Part shown: positions 1 through 12,928 of the stretch, piece by piece | How the letters are laid out: each line of letters opens with the position of its first letter | Numbering within the stretch: the stretch's first letter is position 1 | Source: Macrostomum lignano | Taxonomy: Eukaryota | DNA length: 64,000 nt | Direction: 5' to 3' | Assembly: GCA_002269645.1 (NCBI GenBank) | Contig: NIVC01000616.1 | Coordinates: 124,001-188,000, forward strand | Notes under the pieces: model-generated | Told to the model about the DNA's origin: nothing | What the model saw: only the letters and a program-made list of their open reading frames with translations | Database searches by the model: none | Translations under genes and position numbers: made by a program

Positions 1-204
1 TGCGATTTTGCACCCTTGTCGCTGGCAAAAAACCCAGATCTGAGTGCGAAGGCCTGAATTTTTTTAAGCACGGACATTGCTATAGTTGAGCTTTAACTCA
101 TGTTGCTATATATTTATATTATTATTACACATGTCCGTGTCCGTGCTTAAAAAATTTTGAGAGCTTCAGAAATGTTAAGAGCATGATGAAAAATCACGCT
201 CAGG

Positions 205-540
205 TGTCCTTACTCACCTGGTGCCACCTGTTGAAGGTGCCGACGGCGTCGGGGTGATGACTGAAGGCTCGAGAGACTAGCTGAGAATGTTCGGCAGTTG
301 AGGTTTGCCCATTATTGAAGCTTGATAAGAAAAACCTGACATATTTTCAACAGAATGTCCATAGTCACCTGGTGCACCTGTTGAAGGTGCCGACGGCGTC
401 GGGGTGATGACTGAATGCTTGACTGACTAGCTGAGGATGTCCAGCAGTTGATTTTTGCCCACTGTCGAGGCTTGATCAGCAAAACTAGAGAAATCCGCAT
501 CAGGGTGTCCATAGTCACCTGGTGCCACAGCTGTTGAGGG
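205..540. repeat. Imperfect 150-bp tandem duplication (about 2.2 copies)
   Basis: CACCTGTTGAAGGTGCCGACGGCGTCGGGGTGATGACTGAA starts at 225 and 375; ATAGTCACCTGGTGC at 361 and 511. Confidence 0.8.
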
Positions 541-1951
541 TCCAGAAGCTCCACCTGGGGGAAGGCCAGTGACCATCGAAGTCAGAACTGATGCAGACAC
601 GTGGTCGACGTGCTGATGAAATTTGGAGACTTGGCAAGGCTGCACTGAGGCGCAGTGCTATTTGGCGCACAGGGGTGTACTGAATACACTAGCACTTATG
701 GGAAAAATCCGACCTTCTGGCAGAATCGTCGAATATCTCGACGCTCCGGAGGGCTGGCGACTTGATTCTTGTTTGAGAAGGTGCGCAACAAAAAGTTAGC
801 CCGTGTTCTTGAATTTCGTGTGCCTGCGTTGCTCCGTTCCGGCGCAGCAGAAAATTGTCGGGGGGGGGGATTTTTCGCCCCCTCTTGGTAGTTCGACGGG
901 CGGAAAAATGACTTGGTATTCCTACTGTTAACAACCACGCTGGAAAAGAGATAGGAGAATCATGGATAGAGTTGGATTAAATCTACCACTTGTTGACCAA
1001 CTGGTTTCTGAATGAAAACTTCATCATTTTACCATTTTACCTCTTAGTTCGCACAGTCTTGTTCAAAAGAAACGAGCAGGACTTCAATTCAAGCAATAAG
1101 AAATCTCAGCGCTTGCGGAAATTCAATTCAAACGAAGTCCCTTTTCTATTGAAACAGATGAAATTCGATCTAGAGAAATTAGCCCCTAGAGAGCCTTGAT
1201 GATAGTCTGTCACTGTTGCTTATAATAGTATATTTCCGAGGCTGCTGCCCCACGATCTCTTCCTCGAATTCTGCTTCAACTTCATTGAGTTCATCCTCAG
1301 TCTTCTAGCAATTCGTCTTCAATCTGATCTTCAGCACTCATGTTGATTCTAGCTTCTCTATACCCTCTCCTCTCTACATTCCATTGCCCTCAGGTCATGC
1401 GCTGGGTTGTCTGGCCCTTATGGTAGCAATGTTTTCCGGCCCCTGGTCTAGCGCAATGAAACTGTTTATAGAATTGAGCATGGCAAATGCAATCTAAACT
1501 TGAGTTGCAGTCGGACAGGCAGGATTGTTTTCTTTGGCACGAAGCTTAGAAAAATAAAATGCAACGAAGACAATAGAAAGAGAGACCTGCGTGCGACCTA
1601 AAAAATAAAAAATATTGCAGTAATTTTCTTGACAAGTTCCAGATTCAATGCCATGCATTTTGTGACCCTGGCCCTCGGCCCGAGCCACTTCAGTCTCACC
1701 ATCAGGAGCCTCAAGGCTAGGTAGCATTGAGCAGGCTTGTATGAAAAAGAAAAAGCTCAGATGCTTACGTCTAGATGTCGCAAAATTTGCGCAGTCTCTG
1801 TATGCATTCAATTGCCTAATTGCTATGCCATTCAAGTTGAGAGGCCGGTTATGCATTGACCCACTCCCCGAAATTTAGGTTAAGAGCACGTTTTTTAGGG
1901 CTTTGTTTTGCAAGTAAGCAAAAACGTGCTCCCCGCCCCAGATTGCTTGTC

Positions 1952-1957
1952 TATAAA
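1952..1957 (+). promoter_or_regulatory. TATA box of the Arg-rich prepropeptide gene
   Basis: TATAAA about 90 nt upstream of a GCCATG start at 2044. Confidence 0.6.
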
Positions 1958-2043
1958 TTCGACCGCCTCGAGCTCACAAGAGCCCCAAGACCCAAGACGG
2001 GATCGGCTCTGCAAAGCGAATCTCTCTGAATTCAGCAGCAGCC

Positions 2044-2496
2044 ATGAAGTGGCAGTTCGCCCTCGGTCTCCTCCTGTGCATGGCGCTGGCGGTCTACGCC
2101 AGCCCGGCTGAGCACAAAGAAGAAGACGAAAACCTCGAAAAGGTGTCCTCCTCCGCACTGGCCGATCTGGCCGAGCCCGACCAGGCCGAGCCCGACCTTG
2201 CCGAGTCCGACCTGGCCGAGCCCGACCTGGCCGAGTCCGAGTTGGCCGAGTCCGATGAGAGCACAAATCCGGAAGAAAAGCTCCGAATTAGGTTCGGCAG
2301 GCGGCGCTACTACCGCAGGCGCATCTTCCGCAGGCGCATCTTCCGTAGGCGCTTCTACCGCAGGCGCATCTTCCGCAGACGCATCTTCCGTAGGCGCTTC
2401 TACCGCAGGCGCATCTTCCGCAGGCGCATCTTCCGCAGGCGCATCTTCCGCAGGCGCATCTTCCGCAGGAGGCGCTGCTTCCGCTACCGCGGCTAA
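2044..2496 (+). CDS. Secreted prepropeptide: signal peptide, acidic propiece, Arg-rich (RRRIF)n cationic region
   Basis: Single-exon 150-aa ORF with GCCATG context. Signal-like N-terminus MKWQFALGLLLCMALAVYA; 22 D/E in residues 21-79; 41 Arg in residues 81-150; ends in Gly then stop. Upstream TATA and downstream AATAAA are present. Confidence 0.85.
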   Translation: MKWQFALGLLLCMALAVYASPAEHKEEDENLEKVSSSALADLAEPDQAEPDLAESDLAEPDLAESELAESDESTNPEEKLRIRFGRRRYYRRRIFRRRIFRRRFYRRRIFRRRIFRRRFYRRRIFRRRIFRRRIFRRRIFRRRRCFRYRG

Positions 2497-2593
2497 ATGA
2501 ACCGGATCGTTTTCTGACTGATCGCCTTGGACATTCTGACTAATCTTCTTTGACAAATAATCTTGACTAAAATCAATGACAAAATATCTCAGT

Positions 2594-2599
2594 AATAAA
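2594..2599 (+). terminator. Polyadenylation signal AATAAA
   Basis: AATAAA about 100 nt after the stop at 2496. Confidence 0.55.
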
Positions 2600-2902
2600 T
2601 ATCAGCTATAGTGACTGTTTAATATCCTGGATTTTGAAGTTTCGCCAAGCAAAATACACCCGGCAGTTTGAAAGCACAAGCGAATATTTTTCAATATTAT
2701 AAAAATATTCTCAGCATCTCTCTCCGCTCTTCCCTTTCTGGCCATGCTCAACTATTTGTGTTAGTGCGTTGTTTGAATTCATTAAATGCTAATAGAAACC
2801 ACGCACTCGTACTATAATAAAACATATATAGCTACGCGCATCAGAATGCTAAAAATCATCTTTTGGTTTAGTCTGAAGCTTTGATGTGTGTCTCAATAGC
2901 AA

Positions 2903-3190
2903 GGGGATTGTAGCCCAGTGGTCAGAGCGTCGGTCTCGCCACTTTAAGGTGGGGCTCTATTCCCGATCTAACTGAAACAGTTTGTGTCCTTAAGCAAGAC
3001 ACTTAACTCTGCATTGCTTCAGTTCACCCAGCTGTAAAATGGGTGCTAGCATTAGCTGGGGTAATTGAGGGTGTGTGTGGCGGCCCCCCAGTCCTTGGAC
3101 TGAACAGCCGAACGCAGCCTTGAGATGCGCCGCGCAATAGCTGCGGTTGAGCTGTCGGTTGCACATCTGGCCCGAATGGGGCAGATGCAA
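2903..3190 (+). mobile_element. tRNA-derived SINE with CORE-like central domain (copy 1)
   Basis: tRNA-like head (TAGCCCAGTGG A-box-like), then TGTGTCCTTAAGCAAGACACTTAACTC...CAGCTGTAAAATGGG resembling the MIR/CORE domain. The body is shared with 33856-34116 and 62602-62882. Confidence 0.75.
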
Positions 3191-4175
3191 ATCTCTTCTC
3201 TCCTAATACTAAAACCGACGCGATGTTTGTCTGTCTGTCTGTCTGTCTGTATGTAGCAAGTGAACTCCTACAATACTGCCAAGTCAGCGTCGAAACTTAT
3301 ATGGGAAAACTGCAAATTTTCCGGAGCAGGCTTTAGGCTATTTTAATTTTTAATTTTCACATTTTAACATCCCTAAAAAAGCAGAAAACTGCTTTTTTAA
3401 CCCCCAATAACCTTCTTTGGCCACTCTGACTGGGGCTGCAGCCAGTTTGTAAAAATAGCCACCCCAACCTCCGCCCGCGGGCCGCTGTGTATTGAGGGGT
3501 GGTGGGTGCGCGTGTTCTGGGTTCAATGCAAATAAAACCCCCGCCTGTTGGGGGGTTGAGTTAAATTTAATGATTCCCCCAGAACGGGGGTTGGGCTTGG
3601 GCTGAGTGTACATAGCAGTTGTACAGTGTAAACAGATAGATAGGAGTCAGGACTGTGTCGAGATTCAATTGGTTTTATTATTGGCGCCTTTTTTCTCCAT
3701 AGGCAGCCCTGTGTATTAGTTTGGCAGTGAAATTCAATGAATTGCGAGCTTCTCTAGCAAGCAGTCGGGAAATCGGTAAATTTCAAACGCTAACTGTTCC
3801 TCGAGTTTTAAACTTTGAGAGGAGAGACTTATATTGCTGGAAAGATCTTGCAACGCTGAGTTCGGGGATATAAATTGTTTGCTTTAAATATGAAAAGAAA
3901 AAGCACAGCATTTGAAAAACTATTTCCATACTTTTAACTTTCTGCAAAGATTGTACTCAGTTTTGCGAGACGTAATAGATAAAGTTGGGGGAGGGTTCAA
4001 CTTCTCACTGCTGCTGTGTATTGGAGGGTTGATTTAGATTGCGCAATGTTTTTGCTAACTTTAACTGAGACTGATACTGACTGACTGACTGTGAAATCGG
4101 TTGCGCAATGAATTGATTCAATTAGTTCAATATTTTCATCAGTGCCTTTTAACACGAAGCTAGCTGTGTGTAGTT

Positions 4176-4205
4176 CTAACCCTAACCCTAACCCTAACCC
4201 TAACC
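4176..4205 (-). repeat. Interstitial telomere-like repeat (TTAGGG)5
   Basis: (CTAACC)5 on the + strand. Confidence 0.9.
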
Positions 4206-4269
4206 AATGAATCCGGAGAGTTGAGTTGTTTGGCGGAAAAGATTCGATTGAGTCCAGTTTAGCGGAGAC

Positions 4270-4560
4270 GATTTCAATGTTTTAATTTTGACGGAGAGGA
4301 TTTCTGTTTCGTGGAGAGGATTTCGATGGTGTTCAGTTTCACGGAGAGGATTTCGATGATGTTCAGCTTCACGGAGAGGATTTCTGTTTCGCGGAGATAA
4401 TTTATGATTGAGTTCTGTTTTATGGAGACAATTTTGATGGATTTAAGTTTCAAGGAGATGATTTCGAAGGATTCCAGTTTCACGGAGCGGATTTCGACGG
4501 TTTTCAGTTGCACGGACAGGATTTCTGCTTCGCGGAGAGCATCTTGATGGATTTGGCATC
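4270..4560. repeat. Degenerate 21-30 bp tandem repeat (GGAGAGGATTTC core)
   Basis: Recurring CACGGAGAGGATTTCGATG / GGAGAGGATTTCTGTTTC. Confidence 0.7.
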
Positions 4561-4569
4561 TTCAATCAG

Positions 4570-5415
4570 TCAGAGAAGAGAGTAAAGAGAAGAATGAAAA
4601 GAGAAGAGAGATTAGATGATAGAAAACAGAGTAGAAATGAGTGGAGAGATTAGACATGACAGATGGGAGAGAAAAGGGGAGTAAGGCGAGAACGAAGGAG
4701 AGAGAAGAGAAGAGGAGAGAGGAGATGAGATGGGAGATATGAGATAGCAGAGAGAGACAAGAGAGATGATAGGAGAGAGAATAGATGAGGGATAAGAGCG
4801 TACAGAGGAAATAGAAGAGAGGGGAGAGTAGAGGAGAAAGAAAGAGTGAGATGAGGAGATGAGAGATGAGAGAGGAGGGGAGAGAGGAGAGAGAAGAGAG
4901 GAGAAAAGAGGGGAGACAGGAGACAGGAGAGAGTAGAGACAAAAGACCAGGGAGAAGATATAAATAAGGTAGTAGAGATGAGAGGAGAGAGAGGAGAGAG
5001 AAGCGAAAGGAGAAGAGAGAGAGGAGAGAGGAGAGAGATGAAAGATCAGAGATGAGAGAGTTAAGAGAGGAAAGTAGTGAGGAGAGGAGAGGAGAGATGA
5101 GAGATGCGATGAGAAGAGATGAGTGAGAACATAAGAGAGAAGAGATTAGAGATTAGAGAAGAGAGGGGAGAAGATGAAAGGAGCAGGGAGAGGAAAAAAA
5201 GAGAAGTGAGAGAGAGAGGGTTAAGAGAGACGATAGATAAGTGAGTAGAGATGACATATGAGAGAGGAGAGAAGAAGGAGAGATAAGAGAGAAGAGACGG
5301 GACAAGAGACAGGAGAGGGTACAGACGAAAGACGAGGGAGAAGAGATAAATAAGGGAGTAGGGGTAGAGATGAGATAAGAGAGAGGAGAGAGAAGAGAGT
5401 CAAGAGAGAGGAGAA
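4570..5415 (+). repeat. GA-rich low-complexity tract
   Basis: Almost purely purine + strand; produces spurious S/L-rich antisense ORFs. Confidence 0.9.
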
Positions 5416-5575
5416 AAGTTTTGTAAAGGTCTTTGAAAAGTTTTGTAAAGAATTTGGAGACGATTTGGAAGATAGGGTTCAAAACGTGGAATTTCAGTTG
5501 ATGGATATTTCAGGGAATGGAATTCCGGTGATGGGAGTTCTTCCCCTTTCTTCTCCGAAGGAGGAGTTGGCCTCG

Positions 5576-8300
<2,725 letters not shown>

Positions 8301-8589
8301 TCTCTGTAGTGCATGCACCATTCTTACTTTGATTGAGTAGCTTTTTATTGAATTCATGAGAGGTTTTATTCAATTCTCAAAAATAGCGTCTATGTCTTTA
8401 AGCTACTGAACTCAAACTTATAAGCAACCAATGTCGGCTTTTTCGCAAAACAGCGATCACTGCACTTCCCTATTGCCGCAATGCAAAGTGGCCTATCCAG
8501 GGAATATAAGATCTATGGGCAGATGTATTATTATTGTTACTATATTACTTAATAGCAAGTAAATAATTAGCAAATAGAGACAGCAGTGC

Positions 8590-10730
8590 GGTTAATAGGG
8601 CCGTCTTGGGGACCTCCTTTGACTCTTAAAACGGCGCGTACTGTTGGCAGAACAGGTTGCAGCCTTCTCTGGGATGGCTACTGTCCTGCGTTCCGGTCTT
8701 CAGTCTCTGGTGGGCATTTAGCGCAGCGTGCGGAAAAGATCGTTGTTGATGGTGAGCGAGCTCGACTGCCTCCTTTGCCAGGTTTTCCTCGTTCGACTTG
8801 AGCTCTGGGGATCCTGTGTTGGCGGCAGTCAGAATGCCACTGCAGATAGTGTCGTGAAGGTGGGCGAGCTGGACTCCGTTAGTTGGGTAGCTAGCTCGGC
8901 GGCTCTCTTTCTCGGTAGGCTCTTCATTCAAACCGCCCCAGTCGGCTTTCCGGAAGCACATCCTGGGTTGTCCAGCCTCCGACGATGCCTTGTAGCAGGT
9001 TGCTGCTGGTCCAGGTTTGGTCAGGTTTTGATTTGCCTCCTGTCGCTGGGTTCGTCCGCGTGTGGCTGTTGCCGTTGACAAGTCTCAGGTTGCGGGTGGC
9101 GGCCCATGCCTCCACCATTCTGCCGCGCTCTTCTTCGTCTTGGTGCCGGTCCCAGCTTCTGTGGGTGTTGAGTCGCCAGCGACGATGATGGGGCCTGCGG
9201 CGCTCAGGACCAAGTGGAGCGAGGGTTGCCAGATTTCACCGCGTTGGCTGCTAATCGGTGGTGCGTGAGAGACCAGGGTGACCGGTGCCTGTCCGTTGAG
9301 GTGGATAGTGACGGTGGCGCAGTCTAGGAGTTGGCGTTCGTCGTCCAGCTACGTCGTGTCAAACGCAATGTCAGAGCGCACCAGGGTCAAGGCATTTCCT
9401 CTGGCGTGGGCTGCTTTTTGTTGGTCTTGGGTTTTCGGTGTTGGCGGTTTGGTGGTTGTTCCGGGTCAAATGGCAATTCCGGGTCTGCGGTCAGCCTCAG
9501 TTCCTGTTCCGGGAGGACTTGTTCCGGCGGGTGTGTGTCGCTGGCTATCCTCTGGCGTTGGGATGCGTGACGCGCTCCAATCTGGTGGGTCTGTGTCAAC
9601 GGCTGCGCTAACTGCGGCCACGGCTCGTCTCTGCGGGCGCAGGCGGTCCTACCTGAGCGGCAGCCGCGGCACCACTCTAATTTTTCGGTTTTGTCCGCCG
9701 GCCAGCGAAGGCGACAGCGGGGATGCTTGATCTTGCGGCCGCAATTGGACCACATGCGGCGGGACCAGCAGCGGGGCCAGCAAATTGATTGGCAGAGCCC
9801 CCCGGCGTTCTCGGTGTCAAGCCCGGGTGCTGGCGGTCTCTTTTGATAGGCCATTGTCACGGAGTTTTGTCGTGGTGAAGAAATACTAGTTGAGACAACA
9901 CGGCGGTTTGTAGCGGTAGCACTGGCAATATAGCAGCAACAAGTTGGCCGGAGGCTTGTTTATTTGAGTAGTAGTCAGATTGACACAAAGGTTAACAGTT
10001 TCAATATAGTGGACTACTGTACTGGGCACTGGCGGCAGCGCAACAATAAGTTGAGATAAGTTGAAGGCGGTTGAGCACGTTGAAGGTGATCCCAAGTGGC
10101 GAATGATGGCAGTGAGCAAACAGTGCGGTGGCACTAGGAGAATAGACAGGCAATGGAAAGGCGTAAACAGGTCTGGCTGGCGAGTCGGGCCCAGACAGGG
10201 TGGGCCGTGGCGAGCGATAAGGAGAGAGAAGGAAAACGAGAGTCCACGAGAGAGAGGAGAGGCCACAAGGGGGAGGAGCAGGAGGAACGCAAAAGTGAAG
10301 TCCCCCCAGCCCGCCGCCAGGCGGGGGTTAATAAAGAGCGCAGAAGGGTTAGCATAATACACGCGGAGAGTTTTCATTGGCTGGCGGGGAAAAAAACAAG
10401 AACTTGAAATTATCGATCGTGCTAGATTTTACAGGCGAACGCAAGGTCTATCAAATACACAGTGAATTAGCGATTGATACATATTAGTTGCACGCTACTA
10501 CAAGTAAACGTGAGAATAAACTATTGGATAATTTTAACCGAGAAATTGTAGTGAAATTGCAGTCCAACGGCCCTTTTGCGGGACCACTTTAAACCAGCAA
10601 CGTCACAGCCATCGCACCGCGCGGCGAAACAGTAGCAGCACGGCAGCCGGGCGACTGGCATGGAGCCATTTGGTCAGCTCAGTACGACGGGCCCGAAAGC
10701 CGGTACAGTTGAGCTGTAGGATGAGCTCTG
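8590..10730 (-). mobile_element. Decayed non-LTR retrotransposon (AP endonuclease domain and linker), fragmented
   Basis: Minus-strand motifs in the expected order but broken frames: ILQLNCTGFRARRTELTKWL (about 10662-10728), LTLVRSDI (about 9370), IIVAGD (about 9180), LRLVNGNSHTRTNPATGGKSKPDQTW (about 9010-9090), FRKADW (about 8945). About 1.1 kb of unexplained sequence interrupts it; no RT core seen. Confidence 0.6.
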
Positions 10731-11035
10731 GGCCTGGCTCCGCGACGGTTTTTAGGCGGCCGGGGAAGCCGCAACCGCTCCGCACGCGAAGGACTTGGTT
10801 GGTGGGCAAGAGCTCAGCATCTAGTTGGTCGGTTGAGAATAGATGCAGTTGCTGAGGCTCGGTCTCTTTTACGTGTCCACACAGTTTTGGCTCTCTCGCT
10901 CCAGTCGGAGCATCGCTGGGTGGGAAAGCCACAGCTGGCTAATTGTAGCTCATTACGGCTTAGAAAATAAAGCATTGACAGAGAGCTAGCTTGGAACGGA
11001 AGTTCACTCATTTAAAGATGGGTCGACTTTTTTAG

Positions 11036-12220
11036 ACGCTCTCTTGACCAATCGGAGTGGAGCAACCACCTGTACTCTATACTCTCTTAATTTTTGGATT
11101 TTAATGCAACATGACCTTGAAATATTCAGTTGCTGATGACCTACAAGATTTTCTTCAAAAAAAGATGGCTCCCAGACAAATGCTTTGTTATTTGGTAGCT
11201 TCTCCGAGGGCCGGGGCACAGCCGATTACACCGGATGAACGAACAGACATTGATTCTGATGTTGATGTTCGAACCAATCAAACACGCTGCACGAGTGCTG
11301 CAACGGACGCATTTCAGAAGCATGTCGTGGTTTGGTAAAAAAGTTTTTTTTCAAAGAACCGCTGAAAGTATAGAAGGCAATTGCTGCGCAATAGCATTTT
11401 TTATTGCAATGCAACTGATATTCTGAAGAATAGATTTTTTATATTGTACATTGTATACTTAATACTTACGAGTAATATGAAATCAAGCAGCTTGAGTATA
11501 TCTTCAAACATTTTCATATTTGCCACGCATTCATCACACAGTTACTTTGAATCGCATTCTTCACACAGTTACTTTGCAATTTGCATCGCATTCATCACAC
11601 AGTTACTTTGCAATTTGCATCGCATTCATCACATTCCAGAGTTGAATCCAGCCGGCTCATTTCCGCGGCTAGGCCATCAGACCAAACTTTGGACGAAGTT
11701 TCGGCGCACGGCCTCTGTTGCTACTCTCAGATCGCGCCACTGATACCTATAGCCGAGTCTCCAACTCCCCCAGCCTGCCGCAGCCGCATGCCCACTGCTC
11801 ACGATGAAAGCCTGTTTGAAGCAAGTCATAAATCCGGGTGTCTTTCCGGTTGCTTCTACTGCCCATGCTGCCCGGTCTCTACAGCCCAACTGTTTCGAAA
11901 GCGATTTATGGCATAATTTTAGCATCGATCGTTTGTCTGTCCGCTAGCGGCTCTGGTCCAATGTGCCGGGATTCTCTTGGGGAGATGATTGAAAAATTTC
12001 CAGACTGTCCCTCAGAGCTCTGGCTTGTCTTAAGTTTGGTGACAATGTAGCTGATAAGACAGTTTTGAGCAAACTTGAGGGTCTCAAAGCAACTGCAGAG
12101 GCATCCAATGGCCTGCCCGAGAGGTCAGGGAGGGAGGCGATCGTGGAGGTTGTGCGGCAGCACATGAGGAAGAAAGACTGGCTGATTGTAGACGGATTTC
12201 CTCTTCAAGCCAAGTAGCCA
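11036..12220 (+). pseudogene. Decayed paralog of the cGAS-like/Mab-21 NTase exons 2-3
   Basis: Acceptor TTTTAG at 11035. Fragments SVADDLQDFLQKK, GSFSEG (11194) and ERTDIDSDVDV match ADVLQEILRKR, GSFSEG and GRTDIASDIDV. After acceptor ATTCCAG (about 11639): LNPA, LDEVSAHGLCCYSQIAP, IYGIILASIVCLS..SLGEMIEKFPDC and LRALACLKFGD match the intact gene. Several stops, frameshifts and a large internal deletion. Confidence 0.8.
11524..11635. repeat. Short intronic tandem repeat (CGCATTCATCACACAGTTACTTTG, about 4 copies)
   Basis: Direct reading; ends at the pseudo-exon 3 acceptor. Confidence 0.8.
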
Positions 12221-12928
12221 CTCTGCTGAATTCTAGAATGCGTACTTTGCTTTTCAAGTACTTTAGCGACTGCGAGCGACCAACCCCAACCAAGTACGAT
12301 ATTTACCGCGTACATTTCTGAACCGCTTTTATTTGAAGTACAAGGACCGACCGTTTGGCTATGGGGAAGCAAAACAGTCGCATAATCACATGATATCGTA
12401 CTTATTGAAATGTTTTGTCAGATCAGAGCAAAGATTTCCTCCTGTGCACAGCTAAACACCGAGTGCAGCCAACAGTCTTAGCGAACCGGACGGCTTCATA
12501 ACCAAAACAAGTCTACACGCAGTTCAGTTTTTGTTCCTGTCTTTTGGGTAGTTGAAGCATGCTTTAACTGCCTTTAATGACAGCGTGCCGCCTCCTGCAG
12601 CCCCTCTTTTATTTTTGTAAATTGTGTATTTTACCCTTGTGCGTTCCACTCTTGAATGTACAGTGCGCTCCCTATTTTGTGCAATTTCATACAAAGCCTT
12701 GTCTCGCCTCTCAGTGCAACTAGTTTTTTTCGCAGCCTTACCATTTTTGTTCAAGCTGCTTTGCCAACAGTTTTTATCGCTTTTAATCGCCTAAACGCCC
12801 GGTATCGAGTTAAATGCGTGGACTGCTTCATTATGGCTACTTTTCGCATTAGCGCCACCCTTTCCTGTCTTCGCCTTCCTGCTTAGGACATTAATAGAGC
12901 AGAAACCTGCTTTTTTGTCCTGGTCAGC

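Larger units (their letters stand above)
3203..5575 (+). mobile_element. Non-autonomous Helitron-like element with telomeric and GA-rich cargo
   Basis: Head ..CCTAATACTAAAA followed by (GTCT)n. Motif AACTGAGACTGATACTGACTGACTG (about 4065) is shared with the 42.7-56.7 kb units. Short hairpin CTCC-GAA-GGAG near 5553, followed by CTCG abutting the next TC head. Confidence 0.45.

Noticed and set aside
1240-1800. Minus-strand acidic, coding-like fragments (EDELNEVEAEFEEE)
   Set aside because: Multiple stops and no recognisable family motif; possibly a decayed transposase, but not supportable.
2032-2556. Antisense 174-aa ORF with EDAPA repeats and the 100-aa alternate-frame ORF 2198-2500
   Set aside because: Shadows of the 15-nt repeats of the sense gene; non-ATG starts, while TATA, Kozak, signal peptide and polyA all support the + strand ORF.
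4176-4205. Possible chromosome end
   Set aside because: Only five units, internal, and flanked by ordinary sequence.
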